Assembly (NCBI RefSeq): GCF_009914755.1
Contig: NC_060926.1
Reading direction: 5' to 3' (one strand)
Source: the human T2T-CHM13v2.0 reference genome, Homo sapiens
Length of the DNA stretch: 64,000 bases
This document shows positions 43,001 to 59,935 of the stretch, one piece after another. Each line of letters begins with the position of its first letter. Positions within the stretch are counted from its first letter, which is position 1. The notes under the pieces are model-generated. The model did not search any database. It was not told the DNA's origin and worked only from the letters and a program-made list of their open reading frames with translations. The position numbers were made by a program, and so were the translations under genes.

Positions 43001-46000
43001 GTATTCAGGACACAAATAGAATGATGAATAGAATAGTACCTCACATCCCAATACTAACATTGAATGTTAATGGTCTAAATGTTTCAATTAAAAGACACAG
43101 AATAGCAGAATGGGGAAGAATTCACAAACTAAGCATCTGTTATCTTCAAGAGACTCACCTAACACATAAGCACTAACATAAACTTAAGGTAAAGGGGTAG
43201 AAAAACATATTCCATGCAAATGAACACCAAAAGCAAGCAAGAGTAGCTATTGTTATATAGGACAAAACAAACTTTAAGCAACACCAATTAAAAAAGACAA
43301 AGAGGAACATTACATAATGATAAAAGGACTTGTCCCACAGGAAAATATCACGGTATTAAATATATATGCACCTAACACTGGTGCTCCCAAATTTATAAAG
43401 CAGTTACTACTAGACCTAAAAATTGAGACAGCAACACAATAATAGTGAGGGACTTCAATACTACACTGACAGCACTATAGAGGTCATCAAGACAGAAAGT
43501 CAACAACAACAAAAAAATAGATTTAAAATATACCCCAGAAAAAATGGTCTTAATAGACACCTATAGAGCACTTACCCAACAACTGCAGAATATACATTCT
43601 ATTAATCAGCACATGGAATATTCTCTAAGATAAACCATATGACAGGCCACAAAACAAGTCTCAATACATTTAAGAAAATTAAAATTATATCAAGTACTGT
43701 CTTAGACCACAGTGGAATAAAATTGGAATTCAACTCCAGAAGGAACATTCAAAACCATGCAAATACATGGAAATTAAATAACCTACTCCTGAATTATCAT
43801 TGGGTCAACAATGAAATCAGATGGAAATTTAAAAATTCTTTAAACTGCACAATAATAATGACACGACCTATCAAAACCTCTGGAATATGGCAAAGGCAGT
43901 GCTAAGAGGAAAGTTCATAGCATTAAATGCCTACATGAAAAAGTCTAAAAGAGCACAAATAGACAATTTGAGGTTATATCTCAAGTAACTAGAGAAACAA
44001 GAAGAAACCAAACCTAAACCCACCAGAAGAAAAGAAATAACAAAGATCAGAGCAGAACGAAATAAAATTGGAACCAAAAAATACAAAAGGTAAATGAAAC
44101 AAAAAGCTGATTCTTTGAAAAGATAAAATTGATAAACCATTAATGAGATTAACCAAGAAAAGAAGAGAGACGATCCAATTAGAAAAGAAATGGGAGTTAT
44201 TTCAATCAATACAAGAGAAATAGAAAAGATCATTCAAGACTACTGTGAACACCTTTATGCACATAAACTAGAAAACCTCAGAGATGGATAAATTACTGGA
44301 AATACACTGCCATCCTAGATTAAACCAGGAAGAAATAGAACCTCTGAACAGACAAATAACAAGCAGTAAGATTGAAATGTTAATAAAATAATGCCAACAA
44401 AAAACGTCCAGGACCAGACAGATTCACAGCTGAATTCTATCAAGCAGTCAAGGAAGAATTGGTACCAATCCTATTGACACTATCCTACAAGATAGAGAAA
44501 AAGGGAATCCTCCCTAAATCGTTCTATGAAGCCAGTATTGCCCTAATACTAAAGCCAGAAAAAAAAATAACAAAAAAAGAAAACTATAGACCAATATCCC
44601 TAATGAAATTGATGCAAAAATCCTTAACAAAACACTAGCTAATCAAATCCAACAGCATATCGAAAAGATACCCAAACATCAAGTGGGTTTCATACCAGGT
44701 ATGCAGGGATGGTTTAACATACTCAAGTCAATAAATGTGATACACCCCATAAACATAATTTAAAACAAAAATCACATGATCATCTCAATAGATGCAGAAA
44801 AATCATTTGACAAAATCTAGCATCCCTTTATGATTAAAACCCTCAGAAAAATCAGCATAGGAGGAACATATCTTAATGTAATAAAAGCCATTTATGACAA
44901 ACCCACAGCCAACATAACACTCAACAAGGAAAAGTTGAAAGCATACCACCTGAGAAATGGAACAAGAAAGAGATGACCACTCTCACCACTTCTATTTAAC
45001 ATGGTACTGGAATTTCTAGCCAGAGCAATCAGACAAGAGAAAGAAGTAAAGGGCATCCAAATCAGTAAAGAAGAAGCCAAACTGTTGCTGTTTGCTGATT
45101 ATATGATCATATACATCTAGAAAACCCTAAAGACTCTCCAAAAAGCCCTTTGAACTGATAAATGAATTCAGCAAAGTTTCAGGATTCAAAATTAATGTAC
45201 ACAAATCAGTAGCTCTGCTATATGCCCACAGCAACCAAACTGAGAATCAAGTTAAGAACTCAACCACTTTTACAATAGCTGCAAAACAACAACAACAACA
45301 GAACCGTTAAGAACATACCCAACCAAGTAGATGAAAGACCCCTACAAGGAAAACTACAAAACATTGCTGAAAGAAGTCATAGACAACACAAATAATTGGA
45401 AACACATCCCATGTTCATGGATGTGTAGCATCAATATTGTGAAAATGATCTTACTGCCAAAAGCAATCTGCAAATTCAATGTAATTCCCATCAAAATACC
45501 ACCATCATTCTTAACAGAACTAAAAGAAAACAATCCTAAAATTCATATGGAACCAAAAAAGAGCCCATACAGCCAAAGCAAGACTAAGCAAAAAGAACAA
45601 ATCTGGAGGCATCACGTTGCCTAATTTAAACTCTACTATAAGACCATAGTCACCAAAATAGCATGGTACTGGTATGAAAATAGCCACATAGACCAATGGA
45701 ACAGAATAGAGAACCCAGAAATAAAGCAAAATACTTACAGCCAACTGATCTTTGACATAGCAAACAAAAACAAAGTCAGGAAAGGACACCATATTCAACA
45801 AATGGTGCTGGGATAATTGGCAAGCCACATGTAGAAAAATGGAACTGAATCCTCATCTCTCACCTTATAAAAAATCAACTCAAGATGGATCAAGGACTTA
45901 CACCTAAGACATGAAACCATTAAAATTCTAGAAAATAACATCAGGAAAACCTTTCTAAACATTGGCTTGGGTGAAGACTTCATGACCAAGAACCCAAAAG

Positions 46001-46236
46001 CAAATGCAACAAAAACAAAGATAAATAGATGGAACTTAATTAAACTAAAAAGCTTCTGCACAGCAAAAGAAACAATCAGTACAGTAAACAATCCACTGAG
46101 TTGGAGAAAATCTTCACAATCTATACATCCAACGACAAACTAATATCCAAAATCTACAAGGAATTTAAACAAATCAGCAAGACATGACGGACATGAATAG
46201 ACAATACTAAAAAGAAAATATAAAAACAGCCAGTGG

Positions 46237-46540
<304 letters not shown>

Positions 46541-46829
46541 TGGCCAAAGAACATATGAAAAAATGCTCAACATCACTAATGATCAGGGAAATGCAAATCA
46601 AAACCACAATGCAATACCACCTTATTCCTGCAACAGTGGCCATAATAAAAAAGCAAAGAATAATAGATGTTGTGAAAAGTGAACGCTATTATTCTTTACT
46701 CAGAGGTAAGGAAGTCATAATACAAAAAGGATATTTGTGCATGCATGTTTATAGCAGCACAATTTGCAATTGTAATAATATGGAAGCAGCCCAAATGCCG
46801 GTCAATCAATGAGTGGATAAATAAATTGT

Positions 46830-46866
<37 letters not shown>
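46830..46866. repeat. (CA)n microsatellite in L1PB
   Basis: Direct reading. Confidence 0.95.
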
Positions 46867-46868
<2 letters not shown>

Positions 46869-47254
46869 CATGGAATACCACTCAGCCCTAAAAAGAAATG
46901 AAATAATGGCATCCACAGCAACCTGGAATGAATTAGACACCGTTATTCTAAGTGAAGTAATTCAGGAATGGAAAACCAAACAATGTATGTTCTCACTCAT
47001 AAGTGGGAGCTAAGCTATGAGGTTGCAAAAGCATAAGAATGATACTATGGACTTTGGGAACTCAGGAGAAAGAGCGGGGGTGGGTGATGAGGGATAAAAA
47101 AACTACACATTGGGTACAGTGTACACTGCTCAGGTGTTGGGTGCACCAAAGCCTCAGAAATCAACACTAGAGACCTTATTCATGTAAGCAAACACCACCT
47201 GTTCCCCAAAAATCTACTGAAAAAAAATAAGAAGCAAAACAAAATAGGAATTAA

Positions 47255-47510
47255 GAGCCAAATTCTGGTGCCAGAGTCCGATGCAAATTATAGGTTATGT
47301 GACTTATCATCTGTGTGATCTTAGACATGCTATTAATTTTAAGTCTATTTTTCTCCCAGTTTCCCCATCTGTAAAACAAGTGTAATAACAGCACCTAATT
47401 CAAAGAGGTGGTTTTTGAATCAAATGTAATAATAACAGATATAAGATTCTTAGAAGTGTGCATATAACTTTGTATATTACACTTTGTATATAAGATGTAA
47501 GCATTGTTAA
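47255..47510 (+). mobile_element. MIR
   Basis: 'cagtttccccatctgtaaaacaagtgtaataacagcacct'. Confidence 0.8.
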
Positions 47511-49269
47511 GCCATTCTTATTATTCTTCCCAGAGGCAGAAACGGAGCAAAGCTGCAGCAGAAGGTGGAGCCTGGACTGATGCTTTTAAATGGGCCAGAT
47601 GCCTCTGCTCTAACGTGATTAGTATTTGGTCAGAACAGACATTTCTCTTCTCATTAATTCCCATTCCTGGGTGAACAGTTTGTTTCAACATCTCCCATTC
47701 TGTGCTATTATACAATTCCTAAGCCTGGCTCACCTCTCTGGCTTTTGAAGACTGAACTGTTTTTCTTTTTATGGATTTTATTCAGTAGATTATACTTTGG
47801 GATTGATATATATTTTACTTTCTTGACCATATCTATTAGACTTTTAAGCTCCATGAGGGCAGGAGCTACATCTGTTTTCACCAGTGTGTATTTAATATTG
47901 AACAAAGCACCGGGAACATAGTTTAAAGAAAGAAGGACTTACCCTTACCACATGGACCTGGCATTCGATTCTTCTGCTTTGGTAATAACTTCTGGCTCCC
48001 TTCTTTGACACCGTTCATGGCTCCCATCTTTGCTGGCTCTATACTCACTTCTGCAAGTTAATATCTTACTCACTCCAATTCCATCCTTAGAACTCAATCA
48101 CCTATTAGAATTTCACCATTTGTGACTCCTGAATGAGTCCTGGGCATGAGGAGTATTGAGATGTCGGTATGAGAATCAACAAAAGTTATGGCACCAATAA
48201 CTTCAGAATGCACTGCATACACAAAAAAAAAATCATAACTTATCCCAGTATGCCAATTTTGTGCATTGTGTTCATGTCAACATTCATCCCTACTAAAAAA
48301 CAGTTATTTGGAAAACAATCTTTTCACAGAGTTATGGGATATGTAATAGATAATACCATTAAGCTATATCTAAATGACTAAATGACTCTTCTTTCGTCTT
48401 CTTTCATTCTAAGTATATTTTACTATCCCCAACCCATCTCAGTAGTAACTACAAGGTTGAGAATATGCTATCATTGACTCACAATGCCGTGCTGCTAATG
48501 GTGTTCTCAAAGATGACTCGGTAGGTGTGAAAACTGTCCGTGGAAAGATGGTCACTTGCCCTAAGTCATATTACAATATAGATATAGACTGTGTTCCGTC
48601 TATTGCATTAGAATTCCTCCCTATGGACCTGCCATAATAAAATGAAAAGTTAGTCATTGGAATATATAGTGTACATCCCCATCAGGGTATATTATACCTT
48701 ATATAGTGATAATTGGCTACATACCTTGGCAATAAGCTTTGTCCTTTCACGTGGGGTGCAACTTTACGCTTGGTGCTTCAGCTATTACTGATTATATTTC
48801 ATCAATTTATATTTTTTCTCCAAAGTAAGGGCACATAATTATTAGCACTGATGTTGGATTGTATTAAATTAGTTGCAGTTTTGAATTTAAAAATTGCTTT
48901 CCAAGCAGGATGGATTGTTCACTTATTTCATCAGGCAGTTGTAGCAGTGAAGATTGAGAAGGCTTTAATGACTTGGAATTTTCCTTTTATTATGCTATTG
49001 AACAAATTACAGAGCTAATGAGATTTACACTAAGTGGAAAATCTCTGCATCACCTGCTGTTTTATGGGTCTTAGAAAAAAATTATTGATAATTCTTCTCT
49101 TTCTACAATTAAACAAAGTTTTGTTTTTAAACAATATTTTCTCTGAATGTAAAATGTAAAATAAAAGCTCACATTCTTTCCTTGTGGGAATTAAATTTTA
49201 TGTGAAAAATGAAACACAGAGTTCACATCAAGGGTCTCTTTGTACACTAAATACTTAATCAAAATAATG

Positions 49270-49490
49270 CAATGGTAGGAACTAAGTTTGATATCAGGAA
49301 ACCTGAGTTCAAATCACAGCTCTTTTACATTTAGTTTTTAAATAGAAAAAATCACTTACTCTCTCAGCCTTGATTTTCTCAGGTAAAAAATGTCAGTATT
49401 TATGTGAACTATAAGTCAAAGTACACCTGTAAAGAACGAAACCAATTGCCTAAAACATTATAAAACCTCAGTAAATGGTAGTGGTGTTGA
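49270..49490 (+). mobile_element. MIR (diverged)
   Basis: 'tcaggaaacctgagttcaaatcacagctct...tcacttactctctcagccttga'. Confidence 0.65.
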
Positions 49491-49534
49491 AGTTGTCATT
49501 GACATTGAAAACCATCACTATATATTCTTTTTAG

Positions 49535-49870
<336 letters not shown>

Positions 49871-51074
49871 TAGTTGGTGTGGATGGAGATGAGCAACCCT
49901 ACAGTATTGTAAGAAAATACACTAAATTACCTTTAATCTTTCATTAGTGACTATTACAAGACAGGAAGGTTTAAGAAGAAAAGAAAATTAGAATTAAAAG
50001 GAAAATGGATTAGATGAAAATAGCAAATCAGAAAGCATTACCATGACAGGTCAATACTTTCACATGGACTTAATGAATAGGAATAAGACCTTTCTAAATT
50101 TGATTGGGCAATAGTTTAGAGAAAAGGAAAAGAAAGAGATTAAATTATATGATGCTTATTGGTCATAATTCACATGGAGACATTATTTTATTTGGAAGTT
50201 TATGGGTTTTTTTTTCTGTTCTCTCTTATTTACCCAAGACACTTTGTTCCACATTGCTAAAGTACCACTGCCGCTCTGAAATAAAATTAGCAAAACAGGC
50301 CCACAATCCAACTCTGATCTCAAAAGAGATGACTCCCCCTCTACCCTAGGCACAGTGGTTTTTTTTTTCTTTTTTTCAAGTTTCTAAACAATAAAGGAAA
50401 CTACTTTCTTATTACCTTGATAGATATTTCTGTGGAGCTGTACGAGGGCACCCGGCTTGCCACTGAAATCTAGATAAATGATTCAATAAAGATACACAAG
50501 CATATAATAGAGGTTCATGTGGTCTGCAAAAGATAAGACACACCACATTAACCCTCTCCATGAGAAATAAGAAAAACGTACACATCTATCTAAATACCTC
50601 TGGAATTGTGGGCTCAATGCCTTTATATCATTGACTGAAAAATACGTTTCTGTGGAAATATCCCCCTTGCTGGGACTTTTCTATCCAAAGCAAACTGCCA
50701 GTTTAAAGTAGTCCTCAGTCAAGCAGCCATAAAGCAGCAAAAGAAAATAAGTCTGTGATTTTAAAACCTGCTGTTTGGTACAGAAAATAAAAGACAGCAT
50801 ATTCTAAAGGAGCTGTGGCTTTCCCCCATGAAGCACCTCTCAGCTCCAGAGACTTGGGGTAGCAATTCTTCAAAACAAGTAACACTGTAACCCAGGCTTG
50901 CCTCAAATTTTCCTGAGAATAGGTCCCCCGAACCCATACTTCACCATGCACTTTCCTCCCCTGCTTCTTAATGTTTTAAATTCTTTTATAGAAGTACAAT
51001 CTTTTAATTTTAAGACTTAAAAGTGTTTAATATGCAAATAGCCCCCAGTAAGATGTATGATCTATCTTTTAAGC

Positions 51075-51430
51075 ATTAGTTCAACAATCATTTATCAAGC
51101 ACCTACTCTATTTGCTGTCTGCCAGGTACTCTACCAAGTCCTGGTGATAGAGATATCAATACTAAGAGGTCAGAAAGCACCTAAAGACTACTTAGTGGTG
51201 AATATAAAAAAGCAAATGAGCAGATACAGAGAGTGAGACAGTGCTACTTTTCCAATAGTGGTAAGAAAGGGGTGTCATGGGAATATGAAGGAGAGAAACA
51301 TAATCCCATATCAGAATATCAAGGAAAGGTTGAAGGAAGTGGCTTCTAACCTAAGACCTGAAAAAAGGAGGGTTAGTTGAAAAGGAGAGGGGATGAATTT
51401 GAAGAGTAGTTCATACAGGGCAGGTGAGCT
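51075..51430 (-). mobile_element. L2 3' part
   Basis: 'ttcaacaatcatttatcaagcacctactct...tgccaggtactct'. Confidence 0.75.
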
Positions 51431-53659
51431 AGGAAGAAGTAGGATTATCCCTTCATAGAAAGAAAGAAATACAAAGACCAGAGTCCCTGCTTTGAATGCA
51501 TTCTGTGTAAACTAGGTGGCTGCGACTTGAAGCATACCTGGGAAGGGCGCAGAGTGGCACAGATGAGGGTGGCGAAGGAAGCAGGTTCTGTCGCACAGGG
51601 CTCTGTAAACCAGAGCTTTTCAAAGCATAGGCAGAAGACCGTCACTTTCAGCTTGTTGTGGGAGCTAAGTAGAAATGCAGAACCTGATTTAGGGGACACA
51701 GCATTGAGCCTCAGGTTCTACAATTCTACCAGGTTCTCATATACCCATTTTTAGCAGCAAGCTATAAACCACATTAAGAGTTGTTTCTTCATCTTATGGA
51801 CAATCCATGGATGGATATGATTTGTACTTAAAAAAATTACTCTAGTTGTATCAAGGAGGCCATATTTCTTGACACAATGCATCATTCATGACATTGAATG
51901 AATTAATCAATATGTGATTTAATTTATTCTAATAAATCCTAATGTTTAGATCCTAATTTTTTTAACTTAAAAAAACTTTCACTTAGAGGATCTTTCTATG
52001 AAGGTAGAGATGTTGAAATACACAAATTGTAGAAAATACTATTGTGCTTGATTTATAGATAATTTAATGAATATTACTGGACATTTTCATTCTGATATAC
52101 CAATGAAATATAGATCAAGGATTTCTTTTTTGTTAAGTACAGTTTCTAGTTGCTGCGAATTTTTAATATGCTTCTGATGAACTGAGATTGGAGTTGTTTG
52201 GGCTGTGGCTGGACAATCCTGGGGGCCACTGTTTGGGAAAACAAGCTCATTAGAGAGAGAGGGAGTATCAGTGCTCACCTACACTTGGAAGTTTGACTTG
52301 GTAGATTAGCTTTAGGGGAATTGGCCCTACTTGTCTTATTTGCTCTGAGCCAGGGTTGTCACGAAAAGGAGAAAGTGAGTATTTTAAATTATTTTTTATA
52401 GAGAGGGAGATAAAATGAGAATGAGGGCACACAGCTGCCTATTTCTCAAAAATATTGCTCAGCTCAGAGCCTCAGAGTCAAAGAATTCCTCCCAGGCTGT
52501 TATTGATTATGACTTATGAAAGGGCACCTGTCCAACCTGACAAGTGTACACAGTGCTGTAGGCTTCAACTTTCCATTAGTAACAAGAGCCCCAAAAGGTT
52601 AATTTGTTTTGGCACTTGCTGATTACTTTCTGTGTTCATCTCATTCTGAGACTTCACATTCACCATCTGATTTAGGGGCTCTACTTAGCAACATATTGTC
52701 ATTTTTCCCGACTTATTGCTAGCTTTGGTCCTGTGATCTCTAAATGCAGGTAAATAGCTGAAATCAATTTTCTGTTTAGAGGGGTTGATGACACCTAGAG
52801 GAATTTGCAAATCTCTCTTCTTGGATGTGTTTGGGAGTCATGCTGAAGCATTATCCCAAACGGATGGAATTTGAGGCCTTCTCCTGTTCATGACCTTGGT
52901 GCAGGTCCCCTTAGTTTTGGCTTATTTGATTCCTTGTAATGGTTTTCTCAAGTACTTCATCAGCTGCAAACTTTTTGAGGAACATAATATTTTAATTTAT
53001 TTCTTTTTGTAAAAAAAAATTTAATAAATTTAGTAGACAAAAAATTCCATGCTGTTTGCGCATATTCAGGACCTCTAATAATCCAACCCTCTTACCTTAC
53101 TTCTATGAAAGCCCCCAGGTGGGTTAGCCTGCCAAAGCACATCACATCCATAATCTCTCACTCAGCCATCAGACCTTTCATTCAACTACTACCTGGGCTT
53201 CCACGAGCTATATACAGGTTTCTATCCTACTTTCTTTCTCTCTTACCTCATTTCTTTAGACTTCCTATCATGAGGTTATTGACCCATGTAGGATTTTGAA
53301 ACACATACCTGGAATCTAGGGACACACACACACACACATATACAAACCACACACACCTCACATGGCATTGCAGGAAAAAATGAACTAAAAGTGTTTGCTT
53401 TCAAAATCAGTGATAAAATTGAGTTCTTAATATACAATGTTATAGAGAGGTACTGTGTTTCATAAAGACAAGAAGAATAATAAAATAAATTTGACAAAAC
53501 AATAGTCAAAACACTAAAGCTAGCGGAGTATACAAATAGAAATAGAAACAGTTGAAAATGTATGAGAAGACAGTCAACCTCACTAATTTCTATTGAAATG
53601 AAATAATATGAAGAGTTTGTTTTGACTACCATACCGGTCAATATGAAAATGTTAAATTG

Positions 53660-54180
53660 TCAGATATATTTCTGCCTAGCAAACCATCCCAAAACATGGT
53701 GACTTAAAACAACAACTACTTATTTTTTTCTCATGTCTCTACTTCAGAGATTTGTGCAATCACTTTTTCACTCCGTGTGCCACTGGTAATCCTGGCTGGG
53801 GCCGCTCACACAGCTCAGTTCAACTGGGTAGCTGGACTGAATTGAAGTTCCAGAAGGCTCCACTCACACATCTGATTCACCATACTTTTTCATGTGGCCT
53901 TTCTCTTTCTCTTCATGTCATCTCGGTATTTATTTGGTAATCTTGACCTTATTTACTTCCTGGTGGCTGGCATTCCCAAACAAAAGTGAAAGCTGCCAGT
54001 CCTCATAGGGGCTGGGCCTCCAGCTGGTGTAGGTGGGGTTATATCTGCTGTATTATATTGGTCAGAGCAAGTCAAAATCAGTAGAGATTCAAAAGGAGGG
54101 GAAAAAGACTCCTCTTTCAACGGGAGAGGTGGCATACATAGAGAAGGAATCATAAGAGGAAACTTTGAGGACTGCTGCAA
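53660..54180 (-). mobile_element. MLT1 (H/I-like) LTR
   Basis: 'caaaccatcccaaaacatggtgacttaaaacaaca' and 'tattggtcagagcaagtca...agattcaa'. Confidence 0.8.
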
Positions 54181-56817
54181 TTGAAATTCAGAGTTACAAA
54201 GAGTGGAAGGAAAGAAGGAGAAAGGTCTCATCAGGTTTTTGTGGAAATGAACAATGAAATAGAATACTAAAAAGGCACATACAATTATGTTCAAATCTAT
54301 ATAAATCAACAAAATCATATTATTTTACTTAGAGATGTATTTACTAGGAATCTATCCTGTAGAAAACCCAAGCTTCACAAATACTTAAAAAAAATTGTTC
54401 AGTACAATATTTTTTTTGTAAAACTTAGGGGGAAAAAACCAAATGCTTATCGTTGGAAGTTAGGTTAAATATAATATGGGATGTCTACATAATTAAATAC
54501 TGTGAAACTCTTAAATACCTGGGACTTTTGCTAAGATGAAAAGGTGTCCAAATTGAAATTCTGTGCCAATTAATTCTTATTTATTCACTGACTTATTTAA
54601 AAAAAAAAAGCAGCTAGTGTCTGTTGTACTAAAGCAGTGGAAGAAAGTTAATCTTTGTAAGACTTGACCTCTGATCAGGGTTTTCAGGACCTAGAATTAA
54701 ATTATTACATTGTGAGTACTAAATCTGAAGTCAGATTTTAATTTAGGATTATTTTCAAACAAAACTTTTAAAATTTAGCACTCTCTTTTCTATAGCCTGA
54801 AGCTTAATCTCTTTTGAAATAGGATTAGTAGAAAATTATAGCTAATTCATTTAACTACAACAAATCTGTATCCAATGTACAATTACTTTTATGGTAGGAC
54901 TTATAGTTACTGATTGTTGGTGTATAGTTATAATGGACAAATTTTAACGCAGAATAAAGTAAGACTGATATATTTTTTTCCTGATTTGTAAAATCTAATT
55001 GTTTAATCTTCCTAATGCAATATCAGCATTTAATTTATAGATGGTAAATATTATTCTGTAATTAGTGTTGCTCAGGGACTATCATGACATGTTAACTGTG
55101 GTAAGGGAAGCTAGTCATGAACAAGAGAAGTAGTGAACTCTTAATAACCTGCACTCATAGAAGGTAGGGTCTGGGTGTGTGGTCCAGTGCAGTGCAGAGC
55201 ACCGAAGCATACACACTACAGTGCTAGTATCAGCCCAGAATGACATATTTAGTAAGAAATTAACAACCACATTAGTGCTCTCCTTAACCGTAAATTTATT
55301 GTTCTCTAGACCTGGGGCTGGTCTGTTGCTAGCTAACTTGACAACCCTTGAAACTGCCTGGCTCTCCCAATGCTAGAATTCAATCAGAGATTCTTCCTTC
55401 TAGATGCCCAGGTATAAGGTAAGGCTAAGGAATGAGCAGCTGTCTTGTATCCCTCTATCAATATCTCTTCACTGAATAGGACAGGCTCTTATGCTGAGTG
55501 ATTTTATGGACAACCAGAATGGCCCTTGGCACTTGTGAGTAACCTTGGCTCCTGGCCATTTCAGCCCATATCTCACTGGTGATTGTGGCTTATTAGGCTT
55601 GGGATGGTCAGAAGTCTAGAGAGTCTCTGGGATGGTGGGAGGCAGGAAGAAAGTCCCAAAGATCTCAAGAAAGATATGACTTGTTATCTTTTTTATGAAG
55701 TGTGGTCTAAACTAGCACTCATCCCACCTGAAGAATAGGGAACAGAGGGAAATTCTGAAACATTCTTTCTCTTTTCTGCAACTAGATTCAGAATAACACC
55801 TTCAAGATCTCAGCTGAAACCTTAGGCAACTCCAAAGATTCGCAACTTTGGGGGTTTGTGGATATGTTGTTATTGGGTAGAGAAGCCTAGTAGTGTCCAT
55901 AATCTCTAGAGATACTGCATTGCCACTGACATCACATGATGACTGGGTATGCCAGGCTGTTGCTGTTTTTAACGTCACCACTTGATTACGATGTGGTGAA
56001 GCACACTGCATACCAGTGACCAGGTAGCAGCATCAATCTATTTTAGCTCATTTCATTTGACACATCATTGAATAATAATGAGAGCTAATTTAAAACAGTC
56101 TAGCAGTCTGCCTTTTCATGGAATATGTCTATGCTGAGAATAGTTTCACTGTGGATTGAAAAATTTACTACTCCTGAGCATGCAACTAATTTTGGAAAAA
56201 AGTGATTATGATTTAATTTAACCTTTATATTTGACTAGAAGGGACCTGGCATTTTTTTCTATTATGGAAATACTGAAACTTTCTTCCTGGAAGGAGGATG
56301 CCATAGATTAGCTGGAGGAATATCAGGGATTCTATCTGACTCACATACTGTCTTGAGGCAATTCAGAATGAACATTTAATTTGGCAGGAATCAGTCTAAG
56401 ATGAGCGATTCAGGTGAAGGAGCTATAATTTATTTTTTAACCTCAATCATTCAGTGTCATTTTGGCAGTTCTCTGTTGGTAAATATGTTTCTTCAGCTCT
56501 GAGTCCTCTTGCAAAAGCAAATCTAAACAAGTCTGTCAGAACTGAATTGTCAGTGCTAATCACCACGGTTATATTTGGTAATACATCTGTGGTAGCTGGA
56601 ATTCAGTTGACTCACAAAATCGTCAAGCCTAATGCATCCTTCACTTACAATGCCATGACATGACTGATTGATTTAAGAACAACTTTTCTCTTCTCCACTC
56701 TACCCTCACACACTCCCACACACACACCCAGTTGTCTGTATGTTATTTAGAAGAAATCTGTATTTCCTCAGTCTCTATTTCACTAGGGATGTTAAGGAGA
56801 GGTAGACAGAAAAAAAA

Positions 56818-56820
<3 letters not shown>

Positions 56821-56863
<43 letters not shown>
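56821..56863. repeat. (CA)n microsatellite, about 21 units
   Basis: Direct reading. Confidence 0.97.
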
Positions 56864-56865
<2 letters not shown>

Positions 56866-56959
56866 TTGCTTCTACATCCAGGACTTGCATCCAGGCCTCT
56901 TACTTCTCACAGAAGATTTTTCCCCTCAACCACATTTTTCTCTGACTACTTCTTTCCTT

Positions 56960-58075
<1,116 letters not shown>

Positions 58076-58189
58076 GAAAAGAATACATAGCAGGATATAA
58101 GAAGATGCTGAGCCACATGAAAGGATAGTAATAATGGCAGCTTAATGTACTGGGTGAAATGGTCAGAGAGACATGAGGGCTGGCACTAA

Positions 58190-58295
58190 TCAACTGCATA
58201 GTCTCAGAGAAGGTTCTTAATCTGAATTTCACTTTCTTCATCCACAATATAAGAGTATTGGACAACATGATCCCTGTTTTCTCTTCTAACACTAA
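58190..58295 (+). mobile_element. MIR3-like fragment
   Basis: 'ttcttcatccacaatataagagtattggacaacatgatccct...cttctaacact'. Confidence 0.5.
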
Positions 58296-59439
58296 ATAGT
58301 GCTGTCTTGACCTATAGGGTGGATGGACCTCATTACAGACAATCCTTGGGATGGTAGCAACAAGGGATTAAGAATCTTGTGCAAGATATATTCCCAAATA
58401 TTTTCTTCCAAAATGCTTCAGTTGAAGGGGGACAACTGAGATGAGTCTGTCAGAAGCTGATATTTCTCTCTCGATAAAATGTTTTCATTATTTCACTCTC
58501 TAACGGAGTGGTCCCAAGAGTTTAGGTGTTTGTTTTGAACAAGCTGCACAGATGCACAGGCACACATCTGAAGCTATATCTGTCTGCCTTCCCATGGAGC
58601 AGTTGAGCAAAAAGTAAATGATGTGTCTAAACAGCAAACCAATTCTTTCTATATATAGGAACTTAATTACTTCTCTTTTCATAATGCATGGGGGAGGAAT
58701 AGTGTCCCTAGGTATTGAAATTCAAGCCACTGTTTCAAATGAGACAAGCATTTCCTAACTTAGCCAACTTTAATTAGAGCTATAACTTTATTTTTCTATA
58801 AAATGCTTGAAATCAAAATGAAGAGATTGTGTGTGTATATATTATTATGTGACAATGGGGGTATTTTTAGGCACCACCCCAAATGAGCAATAGCATGATA
58901 CAGATGTATATATATGGTGGTATGCTATAGGAATATCTGCAGATGCTGCCTTTAATTTGTTGCAATTTTTAGGATTAGACAACTTAACAGGTTAGTCTTG
59001 GATATCTACTTTGCTAATCTTAGTTTAGTTCAACTACGACTTTCGGTAACACAAGCTCTTAACTCATCAGTATAGGCCTTATCTATGAACAGAAATATGG
59101 AAAGAGAGAAATAATTTTGAACTTTGCTGAGATCAGAGGCAAAACAAAGCAAAACCCAAGGTATGTGACTCCATCATCTGTCTCCACCCACTCCCCCAAA
59201 ATGTTTTCACTTGGAATAAACCACATAGCCAAACCAAAAACAGCCAAAGGGCCAGCTCATGTAATTTTTATTAACATTGTCAAGGAAAATGGTATGAAGT
59301 TACAAATTTCTCATTATTTCCCCAACTGAGGTGCAAAACTAACATAATAATATGAAACTCAAACTGTCATTGCTTTTTCATTGTAGACACACATTTTGAT
59401 TTTTAAAACAAGCACAAATAAAGAAGAAAAATTTACCAG

Positions 59440-59935
59440 TTTTTATCAGTCAGTGTCCTAACAAGAAGCAGATGGTTCACTCACAGTGCTTATTCAATAG
59501 AAGAGAACTTAACAATGAGAATGCTTACAGGAGTGTGAGGAGGGCAAAGAGAACTAAAAAGAACTCAGAGCCAGGTATCGGTGAGAAATCATTACCATCC
59601 CTCTGATTAGATGGGCACAAGAAAAAAAGAGTGTTACTGAAACTTAACTAGGATTTTAACCATGGGAGAATGGCCACCCAACAGGACATAAATTCATATG
59701 TGAACCAAGAACTACAGCCAGATTGGGAGAGGACACGAGTAAAAATATCCCACCCTTCCTCTCCTCTACTACTCATCTCTGGCTCTGGGAGGGCTTGGAA
59801 TTCATTGTCTGAACCCAGTGAGCAAGAGGCCAGAGAGCCTGATGATGGAGTCCATAGTGGTCCACCACCCCAGGGCCATTCATGGCAGAGAGGTCAGGAG
59901 AATGGATCTAGAGGAGCAGAGAATCACACACACAG
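59440..59935 (-). mobile_element. Old ERVL-class LTR (LTR33/40/41-like)
   Basis: Starts 'tatcagtcagtgtcctaacaagaagcagatggttcactca'. Ends 'gagaatggatctagaggagcagaga'. Confidence 0.6.

Noticed and set aside
48121-48520. Cluster of AP-1-like motifs
   Set aside because: Only one perfect TGACTCA (48475). The rest are mismatched and compatible with chance.
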